A DNA stretch of 64,000 nucleotides from the human T2T-CHM13v2.0 reference genome, Homo sapiens, in the NCBI RefSeq assembly GCF_009914755.1, contig NC_060928.1; one strand, 5' to 3'. The position numbers were made by a program, and so were the translations under genes. Numbering within the stretch: the first letter of the stretch is position 1; each line of letters starts with the position of its first letter. Below the pieces are notes generated by a model. That model was given only the letters and a program-made list of their open reading frames with translations. It did not search any database and was not told the DNA's origin. Positions 43,754 through 59,571 of this stretch are shown one piece after another.

Positions 43754-45018
43754 TTTTTTTTTATTTCAATATTTTAGATTCAGGGAGTACATGTGCAGAT
43801 TTGTTACATGGGAATATTGCACAATGATGAAGTTTGAAGTATGGATCCAGTCACCCGGGTAGTGAGTATAGTACTTATCTGACAGGTAGTTTTTTAAACA
43901 GCTCCCCTCCCTCCACTCTCTAGTAGTCCACAGTATCTATTACTTCCATATTTATGTCCATGTGTGCTCAATGCTTTGCTCCACATATAAGTGAGAACAT
44001 GTGGTATTTGGTTTTCTGTTCCTGCATTAATTTGCTTAGGATGACCTCCAGCATTATCCATGCTGCTGCAAAGGACATGATTTTGTTCTTTTTTATGGTT
44101 GCATAGTATTCCATGGTGTAACAAATTTTCGTTGATGGGTACCTGGGTTGATTCCATGTCTTTATTATTGTGAATAGTGTTGCAATGAACAAACAAGTGC
44201 ATGTGATGTTTTGGTAGGATAATTTATTTCCCTTTATGTATATCCTCAGTAATGGGAATGCTGGGATAAATAGTAGTTCTGTTTTAATAACTACCTTTGA
44301 GAAATTTTCAGACTGCTTTCCACAGTGGCTGGACTAACTTACATTTCTACCAATGGTGTATAAGCATTCCTTTTTCTCTGCAGCTGCCACCGGAATCTAT
44401 TATTTCTGGTTTTATCGCAATAGCCATTCTGACTAGTATAAGATGGTATCTCATTGGTTTTTCATTTGCATTTCTCTGATGATTAGTGATGTTGAGCATT
44501 TTTTCATGTTTGTTGATCACATGTATGTTTTCTTTTGAGAAGTGTCTGTTCATGTTCTTTGCCCAGTATTTAACGGGGTTATTTGTTTTTTGCTTGTTGT
44601 TTAAGTTGCCTATAGACTCTGGATATTAGGCCTTTGTCAGAAGCATAGTTTGTGAATATCTTCTCCCACTCTGTAGGTTGTCTGTTTTCTCTGTTGATAG
44701 TTTCTTTTGCTGTGCAGAAGCTGTTTAGTTTAATTAGGGCCCACTTGTCTATTTTTGGTTTTGCTGCAATTGCTTTTGAGGACTTAGCCAAAAATTCTCT
44801 GTGAAGGCTGATATTGAGAATAGTATCTCTTAGGTTGTTTTCCAGAATGTTTATAGTCTGCAGCCTTACATTTAAACCTTTAATCCATTCTGAGTTAATT
44901 TTTGTATATGGTGAAAGGTAAGAGTCCACGTTCAATCTTCTGCATATGGCTAGCCAGTTATCCCAATATCATTTGTTGAAAAGGGGGTCTTTTCCCAATT
45001 ACTTGTTTTTGTTGTCCT
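43754..45018 (-). mobile_element. L1PA15/16/PREC2-type 3' segment of a 5'-inverted insertion
   Basis: poly(T), 3' end 'gtacatgtgcagatttgttacatggg'; minus-strand ORFs [20 protein letters not shown] and MRYHLILVRMA. Confidence 0.88.
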
Positions 45019-46500
45019 CTGAAATCCGCAGAGACACAATGAAAAAAGGAAAACTTCAGACCAATATCCCTCATGAACACAGATGCAAAAATCCTCAAAA
45101 TACACTAGCAAATCAAATCCAGCAGCACGTCAAAAAGTTAATATACAATGATCAAGTAGGCTTTATTCCTGGGATGCCAGGCTGGGTCACCAAATTCAAA
45201 GCAGTAAGTGTGATTCACCACGTAAACAGAATCAAAAGCAGAAACGATATGATCATCTCAAGATACACAGAGAAAAGCTTTCGATAAAATCCAACATCCC
45301 TTCATGATAAAAACCCTCAACAGAGTAAGAATTGAAGGAACATACCATAAAATAATAAGACATATCTATGAAAATTCCACAGCCAGCATCATAGTGAATG
45401 GGCAAGTGCTTAAACCATTCCCCTTGAGAAGTGGAACAAGACAAGGTTGCCCACTCTCACTACTATTCAATGTGGTACTCGAAGTCCTAGCCGGAGCAAT
45501 CAGGCAAGAGAAATAAATGAAAAGCCTCCAAATAAGGAAAAGAAGTAGTCAAACTATCTCTCTTTGCTGATGACATGATTCTATTCCTGGAAAATCCTAG
45601 ACTCTGCCAAAAGGCTCCTAGAATTGATAAACAACTCTAGTAAAGTTTCAGGATAGGAAATCAATGTACAAAAATCAGTGGTATTTTTTATACACCAATA
45701 ACGTCCAGGCTGAGAGTTAAATTAGGAACACAATCCCAGTTATAACAGCCACAAAGAAAATGAAATGAGGCAGCGCTCCTTTCACGGGGGCACTAGCTGC
45801 AGGGGGTCTGTTCCTGCAGAGCCCTGATTCAGCGACAGATGAATAAAGTACACTGATACGCAGATACTCTGCACTGTCAGTCCAGCTGAGGGTCCGAGCC
45901 GCTTACAGGCTCCAAGCTGAGTTCTGTAAACAGTTGCGACTCGGCCATGATCAGCTAGTGAGACTCACATTTATTCAGTAAGACTAATTAACAAAAGTTG
46001 TGAGTAAACACCACTAGAGGGTAAAGATTAAAGGCCAGGTTCCCAGGCCTAAAGCAAACACCATTTGCGGGTGATAAACTTCTGCCAATCCCCACCCGCT
46101 CCCAGTAGGAGGCAGTAAAGTACCCGCGGTAGGACAAAGGTCAGTCTTAAGCCCATATAAGTAAACAGGTTAGTAAGATAAACTTCCCACATTCCTTTGT
46201 ACTTGCACCCTAATCTTTCTGGCTCCTGAAAAGAGACCCTGGCTGCCTTCCACCAAGCAATCTGAAGCTATGCAAACTCTCACGGCCTTCCAAGAGAGTT
46301 TTTGACTATTACTATAACTATATTTAATATTTTTCCCATCAGCTTGATTGAACCCTAACAATGAAATACCTAGGAATACAGCTAACCAAGAAGTAAAAGA
46401 TCTGTACAAGAAAAACTAAAAAATACTGCTGAATATAACCGTAGATGACACAAACAAATGGAAAAATATTCCATGCTCATGGATTGGAAGAATCAATATC
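45019..46500 (+). mobile_element. Inverted 5' segment (ORF2 RT region) of the same L1, interrupted by LTR22
   Basis: Plus-strand ORFs [11 protein letters not shown] and [14 protein letters not shown]; 'tctctttgctgatgacatg' (FADD); ends at ggaagaatcaatatc. Confidence 0.85.
45766..46360 (-). mobile_element. LTR22 (HERV-K HML-5) solo LTR
   Basis: Minus strand begins TGTTAGGGTTCAATCAAGCTGATGGGAAAAATATTA and ends CA; 6-bp TSD atgaaa (45760-45765, 46361-46366). Confidence 0.8.
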
Positions 46501-46719
46501 ATTTTTCTAATTCTTGTTTTGTGGAAGATTTTTATAAAAGGAAGATAATATTCACAAATGTATTTTCATAATTAAAATTAATATTTTGAATTACATGAGT
46601 ATGACCATAAATGATGGGTCTATTACATTTTTAAAACTTCCATTAACTAAGGTAGGCATTTTTGAGAACTTTACGAGATGACATTGCGTTGCTCTCATGC
46701 CTATTGCCAGGGTGATTGC

Positions 46720-47110
46720 ACAATAACTATATTATCTATTGCGTGAACAAAGCTTCCTCACTGGTCTCCCTAGCACCTAATTTGTTGCCATGTGATACAT
46801 TTTACAGGCTGCAGCAGAACTAGTTTAAACACACATGTCACATTTCTTTTTAGAGAATTCAGTTATAGTTTTGCATTACTCTACAGCTAAAATCTAAATT
46901 CATTAATGTGTATGAACAGGCTCTGGCCATTATCCATATCTTTTGTCCACCTCTCTTCTCTCTTCAGTGTACTCTGACTAAACTGTACTAAATTTCTGTC
47001 ATCTCTATTATCTATTTTTCCTCATATTCCATACTGTTTTCACTGTCTAGAACAACATTTTATCCATGCCAGTTTTGGGGGTGTTAGCTCATTCATTCTT
47101 AGAGAAATCC
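46720..47110 (+). mobile_element. L2 fragment
   Basis: 'cttcctcactggtctccc', 'aaatctaaattc', 'ctgtctagaac' resemble degraded L2 3' motifs. Confidence 0.45.
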
Positions 47111-48289
47111 TTCAAAAATGGTTACTATCTGATACTTCCACTCTCATTTAAAAAACCACACTTTGGTCTAATCATTCTTTTTTTGTTTTTTGTTTTTTGT
47201 TTTTTTGTCTTCTACTATTCTGAAAAACTTAATTTTAATAGTAGTTAGGTGTTCTAAGATGTCAGCTTGACAATAGTGTGCAAGGTATTTAGTTAACTTA
47301 ACCTTGAACTGATACTAACTTCAGTTAATTAATTGATATTCATTAGCTATCTAGATCATTTCTAAGTAAGGAAATGTTAAAACATTGTTACTGATGCCTC
47401 ATTGTGAAGGTTTACTTCTGGGTTAACTTCTTGAGATTAGTTTATATTCCTTTTTTACTTACTTTTGGAGAAAAACGTTTTGTTTATTATACCCATAGAA
47501 ATAGTTCTTGCATAGTCATATATGCTATTACATACAATTATAAAAAATATATTCAAGTTTTCATTTTAGTAATTAATACTGCTCTTCTTTTTTCACATTT
47601 GAGGAGTATATCTTGTTTTCCAGAACAAATAAGACAATGTGGCTTAGCAACTCTTATAAATATTTTAACAACGTTGAACTTTATCTGAATTTTGTGTTCC
47701 TAGGAAGTAGCAGCATTTAAGAAACCACCACTACTTCTGCCATTCGTTTATGTTCCAAGAAATGACTAACCATAAAAGACCACTTTACTCTTGTATATTA
47801 CAAGAAAAGAGCTGTCACAATCTTTTCTCATGACTTCCATAAACCTTGTAATTATTTACCTGCCTTTGTAAAAATCCCCTTCCTTTCCTTTTCCTTACTT
47901 AACATTCTCTTTCTTAGAATAAATAGCATAAATAAAATTATCTCTTTAATTGTCCAGTGCATTTTGTCTTTCAAAGCTTTGATGCCAAGACTCAAAGAAA
48001 ATTGAAACTACCATGGATCCATATTTATTCTACCCAGGTAATGAGGTCTGTTGGTAATAAGGTCTCTTGGTGTACCTTGTGCACTGTTCCTGATTAGCAA
48101 CCTTCTCACTTTTGAAAGAAATACAATCATGTAATCTCATAGGTTTACTTTCAAAGTATTTTATTGTCATTTTGGTTAAATAGGCAACCAAATAATTTTC
48201 CCCTATAACCTATTATCTTGTCTTTATCAACTATTCAAATCTCTTGAAATATTTTGATATTTTGCTTTCCAAAAATAGTATTATGTCAC

Positions 48290-50495
<2,206 letters not shown>

Positions 50496-52197
50496 AAATT
50501 ATAAATGATACCTTTTGAGCTTAAAACTGTATTTTTGATTTCCCAGAAGGCTTCTGGAAAATCACAAATGATTTCTTTCACTTCGAAAAGAAGGGGTGGC
50601 AGAAATAATTAGGTTCATTTAATATGTTACTGTTGATGCAATGTATATGAAGAATGGTCAAATCAGAAGAGATTCTTAGACTTTCTAGGGTTAAATTGTA
50701 TTGCTAAAATGTTCTTAATGTATGGATTACAGAACATGTATGTGAAGTTCGTATGATTTGTCTTTGTCCTCACAGTCCATGGCATGTTTCTATCATTGTT
50801 CTTTGGCTGCTTTGCTGATATTAGACAATAGTATAGTATTTTCAGTAATAATTTCAGTTATTTGTAAGACATCAACTTGTTTGTAAATCTAGTTCTTTAA
50901 TATAAACAGGGCATCTCTCTTAGGCCATTGGTTTTGAACTGGGGATTCATATCATTTAACTGTAGAGTTTTATTAATATACAGATATTCCAGATTTACAT
51001 AATTTATTTTTATTCTTGATATATTCTGACTATATGTTTTGATATCTGGAGTATTTTCTTTGTAAATAATATGTCCCTTTCAGCTTTGTAAGTTAAATGT
51101 ACTAACTGTATCTACTATTTTTGCAAATAGTTTTATTATGCTTATAAATTTTTGTCTAATATAATTTTGGATTGACTTTTATCTTATTTTGCATGCCACA
51201 GGAAATAAACAAATTTTCTTTTTCACTCGTATTATTCTTGTAATGAACTCTCATCAGATATTTCAGTTTTTTAAATTACTAATATTAAGTTACCCACAGC
51301 CTTTTTAAGTCTTTGTCATCTATGCATAGTTTTTGTTTTATTCTAATGCTACCCTGAAAGCACTTGTGATCAGCCTTAAGCCAGTATGCTTCATATTTAA
51401 CAACAACAACAACAACAACAGAAACTGTGTTAGAGATCCATAGGAAAGGACTATACAAGGTACTTTTGGGTACAGGTTTCTGACAGCAGTATTTAAACAG
51501 CTTTTGGATCACTTCTTTGTATTTCCAAAACTCTAAGTAAGAGGTGGACAGGTTCACAATATGTTCACCAAAGATAGATCACGAAAAGAATTAATTATAT
51601 AAGACTGAGTGTATTGATGAGAGATTATTGTGGATTTTGTTTCAAATTATTCTGATTTTTTATTGTTCTGTTTTTTAGACATACAAAGCGTCTCCTAATC
51701 TTTTCTTTTAAGCTATGTATAACTTATAACAATTTAGTAAACTATGGTTTTGCAAACTAAAATTATACATTTGTAAATGATATGTTTTTCACTCTGCCTG
51801 ACCATTCCTGAATTCAAAAAAATCTTATTGAGTATCATTATTTTTGTGGAAATATAAGTCTTTTAATATATTCAATAGAGCATGTTTTCTTTGTTAGCAG
51901 GACATAATTGGAAAATATGTACCCAAAGCCTTGTCTGGGCTATCACATTTGAGGATGATGCTCACATACTCAGATATGACCATATAATTTTAAGGAACTA
52001 AGGTTGGCTTATCGAGACAATAATCACAAAGCCCTCTTGGGAAAACTACCTTCATACATGGCTTACAGGATTTCCAACATTACAGATGCGTAAAGAAGGC
52101 CACTTCCTATCAAGACCACAAAACTCAGAATGTTTTGGGGGCTTTAAGAAAAAAAAAGTAACACTGAAATTTAAAGGTTTTCAGGTGATGACCCGTT

Positions 52198-52711
52198 TGT
52201 TAGTTTCCTATTGTTGCTATAACAAAATACCACAAACTTGTAGACAAAACAAAATATTTTATTATCTTAAAGTTTTGTAATTCAGAAGTTTGAAATGGGT
52301 ATCACTGGGCTAAATTCAAGATACTAGAATGTCTACATTCCTTTCTGTAGACTGTAGGAAATAATTCAATTTCTTTCCTCTTCCAGCTTTTAGAAGCCAC
52401 CCCTATTCTTTAATTCCTTGGCTTGTGACTACCTTTCTTCATTTTCAAAGCCAGCAAGTACAAGTTGATTTCATCACAACTCATAATTTGGATTCTCTTT
52501 TTCTGCTTCCTTCTTCCCTATTTAAGAACAGTAAACTTTATATAGGTACCATCTGTATAATCCAGGATAATCTCTCTGTTTTATGATCAGTTGAATAGCA
52601 ACCAATTCGATCTTGAATTGTAATTTCCCCTTCTCATATAAAGTTGTATATTCATAGGTTCCAGGGATTAGGATGTGGACATCTTTGTGGAGGGCATTGG
52701 TCTGACACCAC
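52198..52711 (-). mobile_element. MLT1C/D MaLR LTR
   Basis: tgttagtttcctattgttgctataacaaaataccacaaac...ggttccagggattaggatgtggacatct...accaca. Confidence 0.8.
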
Positions 52712-54239
52712 ACCAGCTCTTGGCTTGACTTCTAGTTTTAAGAGACTTTTAAAAGTACAATATTAGATTTTCTTTTTAATGAAAACTTCCAGCAAATCAA
52801 AATTTAAAAATCCAATATGGTAATTTACTACTCTTGCCCCTCCTATGTAATAATCCAGCCAAATCTAATGGTACTACTATCTAATAATAATACTATTTTG
52901 TGATCAAGAATAATCTTTCTTTGAAATTAGTTTTTATCAAAAAAGGGGTCACTCTGAAGAGAAACTTTGTGAATCAGTTACAAACAATGTGTCATCTATA
53001 GCATATCCTTTTGGTTTATCAAATTCTAGCCCTATTCATTCTGAGCTATCTGGAGCCCACATTCATCTTTAGCTATTTTTCACCACTATGTAATTTGCCA
53101 ATAGCTGATGAATATGCAAATTCTGTTTTGCCTGATGGACATTTAATTGACTTCCTAACCTTCCATATAAAATCAGTTTTGGTACCTACTTATAGATTAG
53201 ACAGATATTATTACCTTGTCCAAGTTGTCAATCCTTGACAAAATTTCAATTCTCCAAGTTTTCTTTAATATCTGTCAATAGCCCTCCAAACTAAGTTTTC
53301 CAATCTTTCTCCTTCCTCAGTGTCACCAAGAAGTAAAACTTGACTTTGCATATCTTTATCTTGACTCTGATTGTGTTGGGGCTGGCCATTTTACCAGGAT
53401 CTGAAGAAGTTCTGCAAGTGGAACCTTGGCTACTTGATATAAATCTTGAAGGACTAACCACTGCAAGAGACCATCCATGGGCCCAAATTCTTCCTGTACA
53501 AGGTCCTATCTGGATCATTAAGGAAGTCTAGCAAAATATCCATGTCATGATACAAGAGGTAACCAGACTATGGTCAGCATCCACCAAGGCATCAATTTTC
53601 TAGCTTGAGAGTTTTGAGAACTCAATTAGTAGTGCTGCATAACCTCCTGGAATCCACTAGACTGGTTAATCTCAGGGTCCAAACCTGGATTCTTTATTTT
53701 AATACAATATTTTATATCAATATTTCTCTTTTTCATTATTTTAGGCTTCCCTCTTTTAAGATTCCTAAACTCCAGGACAAGAACAGTCATAACAAGGGTT
53801 CTCAACTCTGCTGAGCCATTCAACAGATGGTTCAACCAGTTTTACAGAAAAAAAAAAAAAAGAATCTTCCAGTGACTATTTCTGACATGCTTCTTTGCCT
53901 CACTCAGAAAGTTAATGATCAACTCAAGTTATTTAGCAATGAAGACATTTGTCTTGTACAAAAAGAGGGATTGACAATTTCGAACATTATCATGATCTCT
54001 ATAAGACTCAAGTGACACACTTGTTTATTTGCCTCCATAAAACACCAGACCCCTTTCTTTCTTTGAGACATTTCTCATTAATTAATGTTCTCTCTATGAC
54101 CATAACCTTAATAAAATAATCTCCTTAACAGTCTACTGCACTTAGTCTTTCACAAGTTCAACCTTTTATAATAGGCTTCTTTATCACCAATAAACTAATT
54201 ACATAATCATAGAAATAAATATGATAGTGATGATGATGA

Positions 54240-54482
54240 TATTGAATACATACTGCTTATTCTGTTCTTAGCATGTTATATATAACAACGATTTAATCTT
54301 CATTACAAACCTATGAAGTAGACAATGTTAATATCTCCATTGAACCAGTGAGAAAAATCTGAGAACAAAGATATTAGGTAAGTAGATCAAGGTCACAGAG
54401 CTTGTAAGTTATAGAACCAAGTTTCAAACACAGGCTGCCTGGTTCCAAGGTCTGTGCTCTTAACACTTATGCCAACTGCCTT
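54240..54482 (-). mobile_element. MIR
   Basis: 'atttaatcttcattacaaacctatgaagtag', 'caaggtcacagagcttgtaagt', 'gctcttaacact'. Confidence 0.65.
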
Positions 54483-54774
54483 ACTGTTAAGCCTCTAAAA
54501 ATAACTTTTCTTCATCCAGAAGACTCCTCCAATATGGTTCTGTTTTTTTAATCCCTGTTGTGATTACCTTTCTTAAGGTGGTGCAATACAATCGCCCTAA
54601 GTGTTCTGCTCTCTGTGGCTGTGTATAAGAGAACAAATGATAAAGTACTTTTTCCTCCAAACAAAATTCTTCATACATTATATATTTTTTTAAAAAAATT
54701 TACTTTCATGGTGTAGTTTTATTATCATTGTATTTATATTTGAAAAATATATTTGAGTACAATTTTCATAAACA

Positions 54775-54990
54775 TTGTCTCTAGAGCTACACTGCCTTGG
54801 TTTGAATACCTGCTTCAATGTTTACCAGCTATGTATCACTTTGCACATATTATTTAATCACTCTAATCCCTGGCTTCATCCTCTGTAAACTGGGAATAAT
54901 AAAGAGAACCAACTCCAAGCATATATGTGCTATCTAGTGAGATAACAAATGGAAAACACTACTTGGAACATAAAAAGCACTTAATCACTA
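54775..54990 (+). mobile_element. MIR
   Basis: 'ctagagctacactgccttggtttgaatac', 'ttcatcctctgtaaactgggaataata'. Confidence 0.65.
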
Positions 54991-55879
54991 TCATTTTTTT
55001 AACTCTACATTTCACTGTAATCTCTTTAAGTTCAGCAGTGAGTTTATACTTCTCTTTATATTCCATTTGTAAGACACCAACTTCAACCCACTATATGCTC
55101 AATAGTTTTTTATAAACATAATTTATGTCCATTAGACCGACAGCACAGAGGTAATTTCTTTATGATTTATACTTAAACATAGTATTTCTACCATTGTTTA
55201 GTATGGTCACATAACCACATAAAATATTCTGCTGTTGATTACTTACTTAATTACTTGAAAGACCTCAGTTTTTTTCTAAAAATTTGATAGCTATAATATG
55301 TACACTATTATAAATTAAATAGATATTCATATACTTATATATATTATATATATACATATCAGGACAATCTTACTCCAGGTAACTCCTTCTCTCTGTATTT
55401 CATAGGCTTATTACCAGAAATAAATTTGATAATGCAAATGAAAATATTTGTAAAGTACTGCACAAAAATTTAATAAACTATGATATTTATATGATTAATA
55501 TCTAAAAATGGGGAAGAGAATAAGGTCATATGGAATTGATCTACATCTGGTTATCTTCAACTAGATGCCTAATATCCTAAAGATTTCAAAAAATTGGAAT
55601 CATTTTCTCCCCAATGAAGCAATTTATATCTAGCTTAAAGTATAATGTAAGTAATGAAAAAATAGCTCTTCTCAATCAGTTCTGACCTAAATCCAAGTCC
55701 TATAACAATCTTTCAAATGTATCCATTCTTTTTCTTATTCCTTATTTCTAAAACTCATGTTTATCCTGTTATTTCTTGATTTTTAATTTTGAGTCTATAT
55801 GTACTGTGGCAGTGTTTACTTCTCTCTTGTACTTTCCCAGTTCTGACATAGTCACCCTTTCCCATCTCCCAGTGAATCT

Positions 55880-57836
55880 TGTATTAGTTCATTTTCACAC
55901 CACTAATAAGACATACCTGAGTCTGGGTAGTTTATAAAGGAAAGAGGTTTAAATGATTCACAGTTCAGCATGGCTGGGGAGGACCCACAACCATGGTGAA
56001 AGGCTAAGGAGCAACAAAGGCATGTCTTACATGGTGGCAGGCAAGAGATTGTGTGCAGAGGAACTGCCCTTTGTAAAACCATCAGATCTATTGAGACTTA
56101 CTCACTATCATGAGAATAGCATGGGAAAAACCCGCCCCTATGATTCAATTACCTCCCACTGAATCCCTCCTATGACACGTGGTGATTATGAGAGCTACAA
56201 TTCAAGATGAGATTTGGGTGCAGACACAGCCAAACAATATCATTCTGCCCCTGGCCCCACCCAAATCTCATGTCCTCACCTTTCAAAACCAATCATTCCT
56301 TCCCAGCAGTTCTCCAAAGTCTTAACTCATTTCAGCATTAACTCAAACGTCCACAGCCCAAAGTCTCATCTGAGACAAAGCAAGTCCCTTCTGCCTAAGA
56401 CCCTATAAAATTAAAAGCAAGTTACTTACTTCCTAGATACAATAGGGGTCCAGGTAAATACATTCCAAATGGGAGAAATTGGCCAAAATGAAGGGGCTCC
56501 AGGCCCAACACAAGTCCAAAATTTAATAGAGCAGTAATTAAGCCTTAAATTACCAAAATAATATCCTTTGACACTATGTCTCAAATACAAGTTACGTTAA
56601 TGCAAGACGTGGGTCCCCAAGCCTTGGGCAGCTTTGCCCCTGTAGCTTTGCAGGATACAGTCCCCCTCCTGGCTGCTTTCACAGGCTGGTGTTGAGTGTC
56701 TGCGGCTTTTTTAGGCACACAGTGAAAGCTGTCTATAGATCTACCATTCTGGAGTCTGGAGAATGATGGCCCTCTTCTCATGGCTCCACTAGGCAGAGCC
56801 CCACTGGGGATTCTGTGTGGGGGCTCCTACCCACATTTTCCTTCTGCACTGCCCTAGCAGAACTTCTCCACAAGGACGCTGCCCCTGTAGCAAACTTTTG
56901 CCTAAACATCAGGGCTTTTCTACATATCCTCTGAAATCTAGGTGAAGGTTCCCAAACCTCAATTCTTGACTTCTGTGCAACCACAGGCTCAACACCACGT
57001 GGAAGCTGCCAAGCTTGGGGCTTGCACTCTCTGAAGCCATGACCCAAGCTGTGCCTTGGCCCCTTTTAGCCATGATTGGAGTGGCTGAGACACAGAGCAC
57101 CAATTTCCTAGGCTGCACACAGCAGGGGGATCCTGGGCCTGGCCCACAAGACCACTTTTTTCTTTCTAGGCCTCTGGACCTGTGATGGGAGGGACTGCCA
57201 CAGAGGTCTCTGACATTCCCTGGAGACATTTTCCCCATTGTCTTGGTGACTAACATTTGGCTTCTCATTATTCATGCAAATTTCTGCAGCTGGCTTGATT
57301 TCTCCTGAGGAAGCAGGGTTTTCTTATCTACTCCATAATCAGCCTACATATTTTTCAAACTTTTATGCTCTGCTTTCTCTTGAATGCTTTGCTGCTTAGA
57401 AATTTATTCTGCCAGATACCCTACATCATCTCTCTAAAGTTCAAAATTCCACAGATCTCTAGGATAGGGGCAAAATGCCGACAGTCTCTTTGCATAGCAA
57501 GAGTGACCTTTACTGCAGTTCCCAACGACTTCCTCATCTCCATCTGAGACCACCATATCATTATCAATATTTTGGTCAAAGCTGTTTAACAAGTCTCTAG
57601 GAAGTTCCAAGGTTTCCCACATCTTGTCTTCTGAGCCCTCCAAGTTTCTAGGAAGTTACAAACTTTCCCACATTTTCCTGTCTTCTTGTGAGGCCTCTGA
57701 ACTGTTCCAACTTCTGCCTGTTACCCAGTTTCAAAGTTGCTTCCACATTTTTGGGTATCTTTACAGGAGCACCCCACTACCCAGTACCAATTTACTGTAT
57801 TAGTTTATTTTCATGTTGCTAATAAAGCCATACCCA
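55880..57836 (-). mobile_element. THE1 MaLR element: 3' LTR 55880-56242, internal 56243-57795, 3' tip of 5' LTR 57796-57836 (interrupted by MER4)
   Basis: tgtattagttcattttcac...agccaaacaatatca; typical THE1-int; second tgtattagtttattttcatg start after ccagtaccaatttac. Confidence 0.92.
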
Positions 57837-58246
57837 TATGAACACCAACAACTAAGACAGGTCTTAGTAAATTTAGAAAGTTTATTTTGCCAAGGTTGAG
57901 GACATGCACCTCCTGAGGACCACATGTGCCCAAGGTGGTGAGAGCACAGCTTGGTTTTATACATTGTAGGGAGACATGAGACATCAATCAATATATGTAA
58001 AGTGAACAATGGTTCAGTCCAGAAAGGTGAGGCAAATCCAGGTGGGGAGGGGGCTTCCAGGTCACAGGTAGGTGAGAGACAAATGTTTGCATTCTTTTTA
58101 GGTTCTGATTAGCCTCTTCAAAGGAGGCAATCAGATATGCATTTATCTAAGTGAACAGTGGGATTACTTTGAATAGAATGGGAGGCATGTTTGCCCTAAG
58201 AAATTGCAAGATTGAATTTTTCTTTTAGCTTAGTGATTTTGGGGCC

Positions 58247-58717
58247 TGTCAGGCCTCTGAGCCCAGGCCAGGCCATCGCATCCCCTGTGACGTGCACGTA
58301 TACATCCAGATGGCCTGAAGTAACTGAAGATCCACAAAAGAAGTAAAAACAGCCTTAACTGATGACATTCCATGACTGTGATTTGTTCCTGCCCCACCCT
58401 AACTGATCAATGTACTTTGTAATCTCCCCCACCCTTAAGAAGGGACTTTGTAGTCTCCCCCACCCTTAAGAAGGCTCTTTGTAATTCTCCCCACCCTTGA
58501 GAATGTACTTTGTGAGATCCACCCCTGCCCACCAGAGAACAACCCCCTTTGACTGTAATTTTCCATTGCCTTCCCAAATCCTATAAAATGGCCCCACCCC
58601 ATCTCCCTTTGCTGACTGTCTTTTCGGACTCAGCCCACCTGCACCCAGGTGAAATAAACAGCTTTATTGCTCACACAAAGCCTGTTTGGTGGTCTCTTCA
58701 CATGGATGGGTATGAAA
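58247..58717 (+). promoter_or_regulatory. LTR7: 5' LTR7 (LTR7Y-like), 471 bp
   Basis: tgtcaggcctctgagcccaggccaggcc...tatgaaa; three tandem tttgta..ccccacccttaaga units; TATA cctataaaa; aataaa. Confidence 0.9.
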
Positions 58718-58719
58718 TT

Positions 58720-58737
58720 TGGTGCCGTGACTCGGAT
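58720..58737 (+). other. Primer binding site complementary to tRNA-His
   Basis: tggtgccgtgactcggat immediately after the 5' LTR. Confidence 0.95.
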
Positions 58738-59178
58738 CGGGGGACCTCCCTTGGGAGATCAATCCCCCGTCCTCCTGCTCTTTGCTCCGTGAGAAAGATC
58801 CACCTACGACCTCAGGTCCTCAGACGGACCAGACCAAGAAACATCTCACCAATTTCAAATCTGGTAAGCGGCCTCTTTTTACTCTCTTCTCCAACTTCCC
58901 TCACTATCCCTCAACCTCTTTCTTCTTTCAATCTTGGCGCTACACTTCAATCTCTCCCTTCTCTTAATTTCAATTCCTTTCATTTTCTGGTAGAGACAAA
59001 AGAGACACGTTTTATCCGTGGACACAAAACTCCGGCGCCAGTCACGGACTGGGAAGGCAGCCTTCCCTTGGTGTTTAATCAATGCAGGGACGCCTCTCTG
59101 ATTATACACCCACGTTTCAAGGGTGTCAGACCACGCAGGGGCGCCTGCCTTGGTCCTTCACCCTTATTGGCAAGTCCC

Positions 59179-59520
59179 GCTTTTCTGGGGAAGGGGCAAG
59201 TACCCCAACCCCTTCTCTCCTTGTCTGTACCCCTTCTCTGCTTTTCTGGGGAAGGGGCAAGTACCCCAACCCCTTCTCTCCTTGTCTGTACCCCTTCTCT
59301 GCTTTTCTGGGGAAGGGGCAAGTACCCCAACCCCTTCTCTCCTTGTCTCTACCCCTTCTCTGCTTTCCTGGGGCAGGGGCAAGTGCCCCTCAACCCCTTC
59401 TCCTTCATCCTTAGCGGCAAGTCCCACTTTCCTGGGGCAGGGGCAAGTACCCCTCAACCCCTTCTCCTTCACCCTTAGCAGCAAGTCCTGCTTTTCTAGG
59501 GGGCAAGAACCCCGAAACCC
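59179..59520 (+). repeat. HERV-H leader tandem repeats: three near-identical 61-bp units followed by related variant units
   Basis: gcttttctggggaaggggcaagtaccccaaccccttctctccttgtctgtaccccttctct at 59179, 59240, 59301. Confidence 0.92.
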
Positions 59521-59571
59521 CTTCCCTCTGTGTCTCTACATTCTCTTTTCTCTGAGTTTGCTTCCTTCACT

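Noticed and set aside
33929-46500. Idea that the 3'-truncated L1 (ends 37834) and the plus-strand ORF2 piece at 45019 are halves of one split element
   Set aside because: They overlap by ~60 nt with different sequence, the first has its own TSD, and the second fits the inverted arm of the minus-strand L1 at 43754.
59179-59520. Regular repeats superficially like a CRISPR array
   Set aside because: They are head-to-tail tandem units without unique spacers, inside a HERV-H leader in human DNA, with no cas genes.
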